A DNA stretch of 64,000 nt from an uncultured Hormoscilla sp. Its GTDB lineage: Bacteria > Cyanobacteriota > Cyanobacteriia > Cyanobacteriales > Desertifilaceae. Shown one piece after another: positions 1-10,285 of this stretch. Position numbers and translations under genes: made by a program. The notes beneath the pieces were generated by a model. It was not told the DNA's origin, made no database searches, and saw nothing but the letters and a program-made list of their open reading frames with translations. The stretch is from NCBI GenBank assembly GCA_963921275.4, contig OZ001293.3:2752001-2816000 (forward strand), written 5' to 3'. How positions within the stretch are numbered: position 1 is the first letter of the stretch; each line of letters starts with the position of its first letter.

Positions 1-692
1 TTTGCTCGCACAAGGTCCACGCATGACAAATAAAACAATGTTTTTACGTAGTCGCATGGGGAGAACCCCAAGGTATAGTAAGATTGGAAGTGGCTTGGGC
101 TCCTGTGACTATTCACCCGCCACCAGATCAGTCCTTATTCAAAAGAAGAAACTAGATCAGGATGGTGTATTCGTTGCTGGGAAGAGGGAGTTGATGATGG
201 GTGAGAATGGATTTTATTTACAACTGTCAAGGTGGACAATGCCGAGGATGCTTGACAACAATTAGAGTGGTATAGCTTAGAAAATTGTGCGAATATCATA
301 AGTGTATGAAGACTGGTTGTGCCATGGAAAAACGGCAGTTAGAGACGGCATCAGGGTTATTAACGTTACTGGGATTTGTGGCAATTGTATCAGGAGCGGT
401 TGTTGCAATTGCTTAACATAAGTCGTACCGTGAGGGAAATTCCAGCGGACTCCTTGGTTCCAAAGAAGCAATTAAAGGTGTGCTAAAAGCGCATCTAAAT
501 TTACCCTCTGAAAATTTGACTACAGCAGAATTTTGGAAAAATATCCCTCCCTTGGGTGGTTTCATTGGTCGTTCTGGAGATGGTTTGCCAGGCTGGCAGA
601 CAATAGGGGCGGGGGTGGCAGAAATTCCAAGACTTGTGCTGTGGTGTAGAGCTGGCCACAAAAATTACTGGAAAAATGTGGGTAATGACAAG
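1..692 (+). pseudogene. IS4-family (Tn5/IS50-like) transposase relic, cut by the window edge
   Basis: Fragments YKCMKTGCAMEKRQLE (~298-345) and LGGFIGRSGDGLPGWQT (ORF 480..725) resemble the Tn5-like C-terminus; multiple frameshifts. Confidence 0.6.
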
Positions 693-891
693 GGCTCTGC
701 CAGGGAACGAGGGGAATGGACATGAATAAAGAATCAACAATTTTAACTGCTCAATTCTCAATTTTAACTGCTCAATTCTCAATAGCTTTACTGGGAAGTA
801 ATGGGAATAGAGATTGTCCCCTGCCCTGGTTTCGATGTCTTCGGGATGCAACCCAGGCAACCCCTCAGACATATTAAACTAAGCCAGAGAG

Positions 892-1960
892 TCACCTCTC
901 CGAGGAGTCTTCAGAACCGGACGATCTGCTTTTCACCTCAGGAGGCTCCTCAGTAACGTCACCCTTGTCATGGGTACGGCTACTACCATCGCTGGTAGTC
1001 TTCGTGTCGTGGCAGTGTTTGTGCAACAGTTGCAGGTTGTCCCACCTGTCTTTACCACCTAATGAAAGTGGCTTGATGTGGTCAACTTCCCACCTGTCGC
1101 TATTCTTAAACGTTAGTTTGCAATGTTGACATTTCCCCTTTTGTCTTTTGAGCAGCTTTGCTACTCTGTTGCCTATCTCTGGGTTCCTACCTAGTCTCGT
1201 GCTCCAATAGGTGAGGTTCCCGTCGTATGGGCTGGCTTTTCCTTTTACTTTCACATGTCTTACTATCTCTACACTTGCGTGTCGATATAGTTCTACATTC
1301 CCTTCTTTTGTTCGGCACCGGAATCGCCATTGTGCGTCTTGGTCTACTGACCAATATTTATTGGCTATCCAATGTCTTGATTTGTTAGGGTGTCTTCTCT
1401 TTGCCCAATTCCACAGGATTTTCCATAGGTAATTGTCCATTTCTGAGTAAACCTCTTTGCTTACCGCAGTCCTGTAGTAGTTGGCCCATCCTCGTATTAT
1501 CGGGTTGAGTTTGCTTATCAAGGCAGCTTGTGGAGCTGCTTTATGATTGCTTATTACTTCTGCCAACCTTTCTTTGTGCTTACCTATGGATTTATTACTG
1601 GGTTTGATAAGGGTTTTGAATCCTAGCGGTTTCCCGTGTCCGTTCTTGCCCGTGTAATATTTTCCTACCTCATATTGCCTTACATTGAACCCTAGGAAGT
1701 CAAACCCCGGGTTTTCGCCGTGTAGCGTATGAGTTATTTTTGTCTTTTCAGGCTTGAGTTCTAGTCCAATCCCTTTTAGCCACTCTGCTATAACCTCCTG
1801 CGCTTCTTCTATCTTTTCTCTTTTGTCATGCATCACCACAAAGTCATCAGCATATCTGACTACCGCCAGCTTTTGTTTTTCTCTTTGTGTTTCTGCTAGT
1901 TTCATTACCACTTCTTCTAGCCCATGTAGGGCTACATTCGCTAGTAATGGTGATATGACT
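892..1960 (-). pseudogene. 5'-truncated group II intron RT/maturase/HNH protein
   Basis: ISPLLANVAL, YADD, maturase LNPIIRGWANYY and HNH EVDHIKP...HKHCH; N-terminal RT domains missing. Confidence 0.9.
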
Positions 1961-2272
1961 TCCCGTTTTCGTTGAACAGGTCATTGGTAAAAATTTTCCG
2001 GGTTGCCAGCGAGCGATTTCGGTTAAAATATTGATAAATATGAATCGGTAATTTCGACAATTTGTGGGTTGGTTATATTGCACAAATTTTAGAAGTATTA
2101 GAATCTGTTGATAGCTCTGAAAAACTTGAGATTAACCAGTACCACCTTTGGAGCTCTTTATTAACAGGAAATCTATCAAACCCAGATTCTGTCGTTTGAG
2201 TAACATATGTGAGCATGGGAGGTAGAGCTTAAAACCCAGAGCTGACAAGGGTTTTATTTTTGGAGATGTCTA
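1961..2272 (+). mobile_element. Right-hand fragment of an IS5-like (DDE) element
   Basis: About 195 nt shared with 43122-43315; ends in TTTTGGAGATGTCTA, the inverted counterpart of TAGATATCTCCAAAA at 42405. Confidence 0.7.
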
Positions 2273-2486
2273 ATTGATGCCATCGCTACCGTAGGGAGTA
2301 TGCTGTCACTCCTGCACCTGGAGGGGTGGACTTTCACCACCATCATCTATAAGTTATCATGGCTAATGAAACCCTGTTAGCTGTCCTATAATTTGACTTG
2401 TATCATGTCAATCAATCTTAACGAATCACACCGCTGAAACACAATTCAGTTGCCCGCCATGAGATTCTACCACAATCTGGTAACTA

Positions 2487-3356
2487 GGGTGTGTCATCAA
2501 TCAAATTGCTTGACAGAAATAGATGGATACGGTATGGAGTCCTTATCCAGCAATAACAATCAAGAGGGCATGATATGAGACGCTATGGCTTGCGAGACGA
2601 CCAGTGGGAACGGATCGAACACCTTTTACCTGGTAAAGAGGGTGACCCAGGCGCTACAGCCAAGAACAATAGATTATTCGTGTTCTGCCGTGTTATATCG
2701 ATATCGTGCTGGCATTCCCTGGCGGGATTTACCGGAGTGTTTTGGGGATTTTCGGGTTGTTCATACCCGCCATACCCGTTGGTCTGAAAAGGGAGTTTGG
2801 AAGCAGGTATTCGATGTCTTGGCCTCAGACGCCGATAACGAATACGCTGCGATTGATGCCATCGTGCGTGCCCATCAACGAGCGTGCGGGTGCAAAAAAA
2901 AACACCCTCAGATACGTGCGAAACCCAAGCCATAGGCCGTAGTAAAGGGGGACTATCGATAAAGATTCATGCCACTTGCGATTGCCCAAGGCAATCCCAC
3001 AGGATTTCATCTTACCCCTGGCCAAGCCCACGACGGGAAAGGCGCTGACGTGCTATTGGATAAAATCGGTGAGATTGGCGCGCTGCTTGCAGATAAAGCC
3101 TATGATGCGGAACAACGTGTGCTCGAGCGCCTGAAAGAGGCGGATTGGATGGCTGTCATTCCTCCAAAAAGTAACCGCACAGAACACAGAGAATACGATG
3201 AAGAAATGTACAAGTGGCGGCATCTAATTGAAAATCTATTCCAAAAACTCAAGCAATACAGGGCTCTGGCGACACGCTACGATAAAACCGCTCGCAATTT
3301 CTTGGGTGCCATCTACCTCGCGGCAGCTGTAATATGGCTTAATTGATGACACGCCC
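2487..3356 (+). mobile_element. IS5-family (IS427-group-like) element with a frameshifted two-ORF transposase
   Basis: TIR GGGTGTGTCATCAA / TTGATGACACGCCC, TA duplication within CTAG; motifs [24 protein letters not shown]9 tract near 2894. Confidence 0.9.
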
Positions 3357-3483
3357 TAGACGATCCCCCCTAACCCCCCTTTCCTCTTTTACGAAGTGCG
3401 CGTAGCGCTAGGGGGGAACCGCTGCCTTCTTGAGATGACCCGCTTATTCCTTATACTTACAAAGGTCGCGAAGTTAAAAAACG

Positions 3484-3795
3484 ATGAATATCCGGACTTT
3501 TCGTCAAATTCACCGCACAGTAGCACCGTTGGTTTTATTGCCTTTGTTGGTCACGGTAATAACTGGCCTAGCCTACCGACTGGGAAAAAGTTGGTTTGGG
3601 CTGTCCAAAGAGCAAGTCCATTTTTTAATGGTGATTCACGAAGGAGAGTACTTGGGGCATCAACTGGAGCCTATTTACGTGCTTTTAAATGCTTTGGGAC
3701 TGCTGTTTATGTTGACTACAGGTATAGGGATGTTGCTGCAAAATATCAGCAAGGCCAGTTTGTTTTCCAAGAAACGTTCTGAAGAAAAAACCTAG
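3484..3795 (+). CDS. Small membrane protein, PepSY-associated-TM-like
   Basis: FRQIHR..P..LPL...ITG, a His in HEGEY and two hydrophobic helices. Confidence 0.6.
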   Translation: MNIRTFRQIHRTVAPLVLLPLLVTVITGLAYRLGKSWFGLSKEQVHFLMVIHEGEYLGHQLEPIYVLLNALGLLFMLTTGIGMLLQNISKASLFSKKRSEEKT

Positions 3796-3993
3796 AAATA
3801 AGCATAGTGCAGATCAAAAGCCAGAGGTAGCGATCGGGGTTATTCTGGCTTTTGAAATTATAGGAGAGGGACTGACAATTCCAAATCAAAAATTCCAAAT
3901 TCAAAATTGACAACTGACCACCGACAACTAACCACTGACAACTAACCACTGACCACTGGACCACTGACCACTGGACCGTCAGGCCGTGAGGTC

Positions 3994-4518
3994 TCAAAGG
4001 TCGGTCCCATCTGCCATATCCAACCCAGAATGAGGACAGGACCAATCACTAGGTAATAAAGATGGCCATCCCTGGCGCAGGGCTTCCAGACAGACGCCAT
4101 AAATAGTCAGCTGACAGTCCAGCAGGTGAAATCCGGAAGCTTCCGCTTGCTTCAGACCCAGCTTTGAGATCAGCTCGTTTTTGAACTCCACCGTCCTGTG
4201 GCACTGAACGCAAACCAGATGGTGATGATGATTCGGGTATGGCGGGTTGATTTCATAATGTTTATGCCCTTCTGCCAGCTCCACTTCCCGCAAAATCCCG
4301 ATCCGAGCCATTAAATTCAATGTCCGGTAGACCGTCGAGAGGCTGATCCGCTCTCCTCGATCCTTGAGGATATTGTGCAGGTCCTCTGCACTCAGATGGT
4401 CCCCTTGGGGAAGTCTTTGGAAGACATCCAGGATTTTTTCCCGTTGGGGGGTGAGGCGAAAGCCCCTCTGATTCAAATCGGACTTCAGCGAAGTCGCCGT
4501 ATAAACAGCCCTGAGCAT
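3994..4518 (-). CDS. fur: Fur-family transcriptional repressor, FurA-like paralogue
   Basis: RLTPQR, HLSAE, STVYRTL, HHHHLVCVQC motifs. Confidence 0.93.
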   Translation of the reverse strand: MLRAVYTATSLKSDLNQRGFRLTPQREKILDVFQRLPQGDHLSAEDLHNILKDRGERISLSTVYRTLNLMARIGILREVELAEGHKHYEINPPYPNHHHHLVCVQCHRTVEFKNELISKLGLKQAEASGFHLLDCQLTIYGVCLEALRQGWPSLLPSDWSCPHSGLDMADGTDL

Positions 4519-4708
4519 TTTCTCAATAACTCCTTGTTAATGTCAACTGTTCTGGCTTATTAGTAAATATTTGCATAAATATTCTCATGTATGATATGCT
4601 AAATGACTGATTTTCTACCTGCTGCCACCGGTACTGGGGCAGACCGGATATCAGCCGCTCGCTCCTGCCGGAGCATCAGATTGTTAAGAAAAATAAATTT
4701 TTGCTCAA

Positions 4709-4741
4709 AGTATTGCTATTTATTTTTAATAAGGTTATATT
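4709..4741 (+). promoter_or_regulatory. Putative Fur-box-overlapped promoter (equivalents at ~5219-5250 and ~5503-5532)
   Basis: TTGCTATTTATTTTTAATAAGG followed by the -10-like TATATT; the same layout precedes all three sRNA candidates. Confidence 0.55.
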
Positions 4742-4749
4742 AGATTTTA

Positions 4750-4862
4750 ACGTTGCCATGTGTGTTCTCCTCTCAATATGGCAAGGGTCTCAAATGGTGT
4801 CAGGCGTTATCCTCTAGCCAATTGGCTAGTCAGGAGTAGCGGTCTCCTGATACCATTTTTTT
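4750..4862 (+). ncRNA. Putative IsaR1-like iron-stress sRNA, copy 1
   Basis: GTGTTCTCCTCTC in the loop of a TTGCCAT/ATGGCAA hairpin; AAATGGTGTCAGG/CCTGATACCATTT stem followed by a U-run. Confidence 0.6.
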
Positions 4863-4883
4863 GCAAAAAATTTTCATTTAATT

Positions 4884-5096
4884 AGGGCTTGCTGAAAAAG
4901 TCTCCAGATCGAATGCACGAGGTCACACAGCTTGAAAAATGGTTTTGTCGTCACCTTGGTTCCCCAAGAAACCCGACGATAACTGGCGCAAGTGCAAAGT
5001 AAATGAGTCTCCAGATGTCATTACAAGGCACTTGTTGGGGGTCTAAAATGCCTGAAAACCTTATCGCAAGGCTTCTAGTTATATTCAGCAAGCCCT
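4884..5096. mobile_element. 213-bp MITE or internally deleted IS5 derivative
   Basis: TIR AGGGCTTGCTGAA / TTCAGCAAGCCCT, AATT duplication; the empty site is visible in the second repeat copy. Confidence 0.9.
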
Positions 5097-5258
5097 AATT
5101 GCAGTGGGCACCGCCCATCTTACTGCAATTAGCTTAGCTAGCTGGGGCAGACCGGATATCAGCCGCTCGCTCCTGCCGGAGCATCAGATTGTTAAGAAAA
5201 AATAAATTTTTGCTCAAAGTATTGTAATTTATTTTTAATAAGGCTATATTAGATTTTA

Positions 5259-5372
5259 AGGTTGCCATGTGTGTTCTTCTCTCAATACGGCAAGGGTCTC
5301 AAATGGTGTCAGGCGTTATCCTCTAGCCAGTTTGCTAGTCAGGAGTAGCGGTCTCCTGACACTTTTTTTTTT
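5259..5372 (+). ncRNA. Putative IsaR1-like sRNA, copy 2
   Basis: Near-identical to copy 1, seed GTGTTCTTCTCTC, ends in a long U-run. Confidence 0.55.
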
Positions 5373-5536
5373 GCAATAAATTATCATTTAATTGCAGTAG
5401 GTAGGCACCGCCCATCTTACAGCTTGTGGCTTAGCTGGCTATCGGCAGCCTTTGGCATGGAATAGCGCTGGCAGCGGTCCCGCTCAAATATTTTCCGAAA
5501 TACTTGCTAAATAATTTCAATAGGAGTAGATTAGAT

Positions 5537-5600
5537 ATTGTGTTCTCCTCGAAAGGACAGAGAGAAATAAAGAATTCCTCTCTGTCCTATCTTTTCTTTT
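5537..5600 (+). ncRNA. Putative IsaR1-like sRNA, copy 3 (short form)
   Basis: GTGTTCTCCTC directly after the -10-like TAGATT, then an AGGACAGAGAG/CTCTCTGTCCT hairpin and U-rich tail. Confidence 0.6.
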
Positions 5601-5637
5601 CTGAGAGGGTAAGATAGGCCGCACACCTTACCTGGTA

Positions 5638-6511
5638 TCAAGGATTTTTAGTTGACGCCGGTTTCTGTCCTGGCAGAATAGTAGCTTTAAAGTTGGACAG
5701 GTGAAAGGGAATTTCCTCCAGATCCTGGTGGTTCGAGGGTACCAGCAGGATCTGGAGGCTTTGGCGAATTAAGGGAATGGCCCCCAGACCGATCGACAAG
5801 GCTACTAAAAGCCCGATCGCGTAGTGCGCGCAGCGCATTCGCGCCATCGGCCCAGAACCAGTGGCACAGCCAAATGGCGATCGCGGCCAGATCACGCCGA
5901 CAGAACTAATAGTGTCGGCTATGACATGCAAAAACGCCCCTCGCAGATTAATGTCATGCTGAGAGTCTGAATGCACCAAGACAGCGTTGAGACCGTGAAC
6001 TGCCAAGCTAATAATGGCCACCACCAGCATTGGCAAACTGAGAATATCCGTCGGCGATGTCTGATTTTTCCGGAACGGTGGGGTTGCCTGCGTTGCATCC
6101 GGAAGACATCGAAGGAGACTGCAAGCTGTCTACGGCTTCCCAAGCTATCCAGCTGGCCATGATAACTAAGCCGACCCCATCGATCGGAGCGGCGATCGCC
6201 TCCTGTCGCCCAGAGAAAAAAGAACCTTGCTTGTCGGCAGACCGTTGGGCGATCCAGGTGGCCAACAGGGCTAAACCGAGGGCAAAACTGTCCGACAGCA
6301 TATGTCCGAAGTCTGTGAGTAGGGCCAGAGAGTGACTGAACCGGGCGACGATCAGTTCTACTACTGAGAAACAGCTAATCGTGAGGCGATCGCCAGCTTG
6401 CGAATTTTCGCTCGTTGGGGCGGTACTGGCAGCCTCTTGGCAGTGGTAGCAACCAGAGGAATGAAAATGGTGCATAGGTATGGTCTGGTGATTCTCTGAG
6501 ATCATCAGCAA
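5638..6511 (-). pseudogene. Cation diffusion facilitator (CzcD/ZitB-like), frameshifted
   Basis: SLALLTDFGHMLSD and NLRGAFLHVIAD motifs lie in different frames. Confidence 0.85.
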
Positions 6512-6668
6512 CCCCTATCATCCCCTAATTCTGTAACCAACTAACAACTAACAACCGACCACTGACAAGTGACAACTGACAAATGACAATGGGCAGTTTT
6601 ATCAGTTTTGTGTTATCTTGGGGAGCGGTTTGGCTTATTTGATAATATATCTCAAAAGTATTGCCCAG

Positions 6669-7730
6669 ATGGAAAACCCCGTTATTGTCCAGATAGAGGG
6701 TGTGACCAGACAGTTTGACAAAAGTACGCTGCCAGCGGTGGATGAGGTGACATTGAGCCTACAGCGATCGGACATCCTGGGGTTGTTAGGACCATCAGGC
6801 TGTGGCAAAACCACGCTGTTACGGTTAGTAGCAGGTTTTGAGCAGCCCCAGGCAGGGTATGTGGCCCTAGCAGGAAAACCGGTAGCAGGAGGGGGCTATT
6901 GGGTGCCTCCAGAAAAGCGCGACGTCGGTATCGTCTTTCAAGATTATGCCCTGTTTCCCCATCTGACGGTGGCCCAGAATATTGCCTTTGGCTTGCAACA
7001 AGGTAGGTTAAAAAAGTCCTCTTCAGTGCAAACACGTGTCAATGAAGTGCTGGCCCTAGTAGGACTGGAAGGACTGCAAAAGCGCTATCCCCACCAACTA
7101 TCCGGGGGACAGCAGCAACGGGTGGCCCTGGCCCGGGCTTTAGCCCCGGCACCAGCATTAATTTTGTTGGACGAACCGCTGAGTAATTTAGACGTGCAAG
7201 TGCGTCTGAGACTGCGAGAGGAAATTCGCAAGATTCTCAAAACCAGCGGTACCACTGGCATTTTTGTGACTCACGATCGGGAAGAAGCAATGGCGATCGC
7301 GGACTGGGTAGGAGTGATGCGGCAAGGAAGGTTAGAACAGTTGGGAACGCCAGAAGAAGTATACCAGCAACCAGGGACGCGGTTTGTAGCAGAGTTTGTC
7401 ACTCAAGCCAATTTTATCCCAGCTCACCGCAGAGGTCAACTGTGGGAAACGGAAGTAGGTAGCTTCGAGGTAAAAACTGTAAGGGAAGCAGATTTTGATA
7501 TTGGCGATCTGATGATCCGACAAGAAGATTTAATCCTGAAACCAGATGAAGAAGGAAAAGTGGCGATCGCGGATCGACAATTTCTGGGTCGGGAATACCA
7601 TTATAGTTTAGTGACCGCATCTGGCAGAGAGCTAAAAGCACGGGCCACAGGGTCTTCCCCGCTGCCAGTAGGAACAAAAGTACAGCTAGCTATTGCCAAA
7701 GGAACCCTGGAAGTATTCCCCGGTTTGTAG
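6669..7730 (+). CDS. futC: Fe3+ ABC transporter ATPase
   Basis: GPSGCGKT, LSGGQQQR, LLDEP; directly upstream of the permease. Confidence 0.88.
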   Translation: MENPVIVQIEGVTRQFDKSTLPAVDEVTLSLQRSDILGLLGPSGCGKTTLLRLVAGFEQPQAGYVALAGKPVAGGGYWVPPEKRDVGIVFQDYALFPHLTVAQNIAFGLQQGRLKKSSSVQTRVNEVLALVGLEGLQKRYPHQLSGGQQQRVALARALAPAPALILLDEPLSNLDVQVRLRLREEIRKILKTSGTTGIFVTHDREEAMAIADWVGVMRQGRLEQLGTPEEVYQQPGTRFVAEFVTQANFIPAHRRGQLWETEVGSFEVKTVREADFDIGDLMIRQEDLILKPDEEGKVAIADRQFLGREYHYSLVTASGRELKARATGSSPLPVGTKVQLAIAKGTLEVFPGL

Positions 7731-7852
7731 TAAGCGATTTAGCTCTTCCGGGGTTTGTAGTAAGCGCTAAAGCGCTTGCGTTCTCCGCGCTAAAAAACGA
7801 TCGCCAAAAGTTTTTTAACCCCTTACTAACAACTAAAAAATCACAAAACTAA

Positions 7853-9547
7853 ATGCCAAACCACAAAAATATGAGAATCAATTACCAATTAGCAAATTCT
7901 CCATTAATGTTGCAGCGTCTAGTGCCGGGCGGATGGATAGCTGTAACGATCGCGCTCGCGCTTTTAGTCTCGACTCCAGTTTTGTTTGTGCTAGGAAACA
8001 TCTTCGCGGACAATAGCGAGGTGTGGAACCATCTGGCGGAGACAGTCTTACCGCGCTACATGGCCAACTCATTGTGGTTGATGTTAGGCGTAGGATCGGG
8101 CGTGTTACTGATAGGAGTGGGCACAGCCTGGTTAGTAACCATGTGCAGTTTTTGGGGAAGTAAGATATTTGAATGGGCGCTACTATTGCCTCTAGCTACA
8201 CCTGCCTATCTGCTAGCCTACAGTTACACTGAATTATTAGAATTTTACGGTCCCGTGCAGATGACCCTGCGGGACTGGTTTGGTTGGAGTAGCGTCGGGG
8301 ACTACTGGTTTCCCAACGTGCGATCGCTTGGTGGGGCCATTATGCTGTTAACCCTGGTACTCTATCCCTACGTTTACCTGTTAGCGCGAGTCGCCTTTTT
8401 GGAACAATGTACCTGCACTTTAGAAGCGAGTCGCAGTCTGGGTTGCGGTCCCTGGCACAGTTTCGCCACCGTGGCCCTCCCCCTAGCACGACCCGCCATT
8501 ATGGCCGGGTTATCCCTAGCATTAATGGAAACCCTGAGTGACTTTGGCACGGTACAGTTTTTTGGCGTAGACACCTTCACCACAGGCATCTATCGCACCT
8601 GGTTTGGCATGGGAGAACGAGTCGCAGCCGCTCAATTAGCAGCTTTTCTGTTATTATTTATCTTTGGGCTAATTTTACTAGAGCGTTGGTCCCGTCGTCA
8701 AGCCAAATATTATCAAAGTGGTAGTGACTACAGTCCCATGCAACCCTATCAACTCAAAGGAATTCGTGCCACTTTGGCAAGTATAGCCTGTTTGCTGCCC
8801 CTGAGTCTAGGTTTTCTGTTGCCAGCTGGTCTATTGCTGCAAATGACTTGGGAAAATGCTGAAACAATAAACGATCGCTTTTGGGGTTTAGCGACCAACA
8901 GTTTTATCCTAGCAGTGATTACAGCTATATTAGCAGTGATCGTTGCTGTGGTCATCGCTTATGGAGTGCGGTTGCAATCCCATATTGCCATGGAACTAGC
9001 AGCCAGGGTTACGGCAATGGGCTATGCTATTCCTGGTTCAGTGATTGCAGTCGGCATTCTCATTCCGGTGGGCAGACTTGATAATGCGATCGATGGTTGG
9101 ATGCGTGGTACCTTTTGCATCTCGACCGGTTTGCTACTGAGTGGGACGATCGCGGCCTTAATCTTCGCCTATCTAGTCCGTTTCCTAGCAGTTTCCTTCG
9201 GCACAGTAGAGTCCAGTTTAGGCAAAATCAAGCCCAACCTCGATGATGCGGCCCGCAGTCTCGGTCACAGTCCCACTAGCACTTTACTGCGAGTCCATGC
9301 ACCGATGATGGGGGGCGGTTTACTGACAGCAGCAATGCTAGTATTTGTAGACGTAATGAAGGAATTGCCAGCAACCCTGATTATCCGACCTTTTAACTTT
9401 GACACTTTAGCAATTCGGGTGTATAATCTAGCTTCTGACGAGCGTTTAGCTGAAGCAGCAGCACCCGCATTGGCGATCGTTCTCGTGGGGATTATACCCG
9501 TAATTTTCTTGAGTTGGCAAATCGCTGTCCGATCGCGAAGCGACTAG
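7853..9547 (+). CDS. futB: Fe3+ ABC transporter permease
   Basis: Duplicated EAA-type loops (EASRSLG, DAARSLG), DFGTV and KELPAT motifs. Confidence 0.92.
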   Translation: MPNHKNMRINYQLANSPLMLQRLVPGGWIAVTIALALLVSTPVLFVLGNIFADNSEVWNHLAETVLPRYMANSLWLMLGVGSGVLLIGVGTAWLVTMCSFWGSKIFEWALLLPLATPAYLLAYSYTELLEFYGPVQMTLRDWFGWSSVGDYWFPNVRSLGGAIMLLTLVLYPYVYLLARVAFLEQCTCTLEASRSLGCGPWHSFATVALPLARPAIMAGLSLALMETLSDFGTVQFFGVDTFTTGIYRTWFGMGERVAAAQLAAFLLLFIFGLILLERWSRRQAKYYQSGSDYSPMQPYQLKGIRATLASIACLLPLSLGFLLPAGLLLQMTWENAETINDRFWGLATNSFILAVITAILAVIVAVVIAYGVRLQSHIAMELAARVTAMGYAIPGSVIAVGILIPVGRLDNAIDGWMRGTFCISTGLLLSGTIAALIFAYLVRFLAVSFGTVESSLGKIKPNLDDAARSLGHSPTSTLLRVHAPMMGGGLLTAAMLVFVDVMKELPATLIIRPFNFDTLAIRVYNLASDERLAEAAAPALAIVLVGIIPVIFLSWQIAVRSRSD

Positions 9548-9581
9548 AACCCTCATTCACTTCGCTGTCAGCCCGCCTTCG

Positions 9582-9989
9582 GTGTCTCGTGGGAGCTCCC
9601 CCTGGATCGTTTGTTGGGACTATGGAGTTAGAACCGGGGTCAAAAAATCTCGCATCCCAGACCTGACCATGATCACAGAAGCGCAAGAGGACAGGTTGAT
9701 TGAGTCTGATTCCGAAGCAGTACTCGAAGAAGCACCCATCTTAGCTATTGAGATTGTCTCCCCCAACGCTCGCATCACAGACTATCGCTACAAACGTTCT
9801 GAATATGCCGCCAAAGGTATCCCGGAATATTGGATTGTGGATGCCTCTAAGAACAGAATTACTATCTTGACGCTGGTGGATGGTTTCTATGAAGAAGCCA
9901 TTTTTGAGGGAAATGACCGCATTATCTCTGGAACCTTCCCCGACCTGGACTTGACCGCTGAACAGGTGTCGATCGCTAAAAAGTTGTAG
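9582..9989 (+). pseudogene. Uma2-family endonuclease, N-terminally truncated
   Basis: SRIPDL, EIVSP, DYRYKRSEYAAKGIPEYWIVD; no N-terminal third. Confidence 0.75.
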
Positions 9990-10139
9990 GTTGGGTTGAG
10001 GCACGGATGCTGTTGGCGAATTGGGAGAAAGCCAAATTTATCGTTGATGCTGTCTACCGTAGAAAAGGGGTTTCAGAGAATTAAACTGATTTCGCCAACA
10101 GCATCAGGCACGAAACCCAACCAAGAGATGTTGTTTTTA

Positions 10140-10282
10140 CTCGTTCCCAGGTTCTACCTGGGAACGTACATCAGAGGCTCGGCCTCGCGGGTGGGAGCCG
10201 CTATACTGGTAATCATGTCATAGCTGCGAGACTGGAGGCGTCCCCTCCCAATAGTCGTTCCCAGCCAGAGACTGCCAACGAG
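10140..10282. repeat. Palindromic MITE-like repeat; other members at 12104-12247, 16540-16647, 37085-37204, with partial copies at ~14257, ~21680, ~23788, ~29258, ~58290
   Basis: Shared CTCGTTCCCAG..CTGGGAACG, GAGGCTCTGCCTC and GAGGCAGAGCCTC blocks. Confidence 0.8.
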
Positions 10283-10285
10283 GTA

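Larger units (their letters stand above)
873..2431 (-). mobile_element. Group II intron (chloroplast-like IIB), internally deleted
   Basis: 5' end GTGTGATTCG at 2431; 2273-2400 is homologous to domain I of the 48334..51582 intron; 3' end GGCTTAGTTTAAT at 873; middle replaced by an IS fragment. Confidence 0.85.
4634..5421 (+). repeat. Tandem duplication of a ~280-bp noncoding unit (4634-5123 including a MITE; 5142-5421)
   Basis: Both copies begin CTGGGGCAGACCGGATATC and end GGCACCGCCCATCTTAC. Confidence 0.95.

Noticed and set aside
3873..3975. ORF 3746..4045 and similar ORFs over heptamer runs
   Set aside because: They translate short tandem repeats typical of filamentous cyanobacteria
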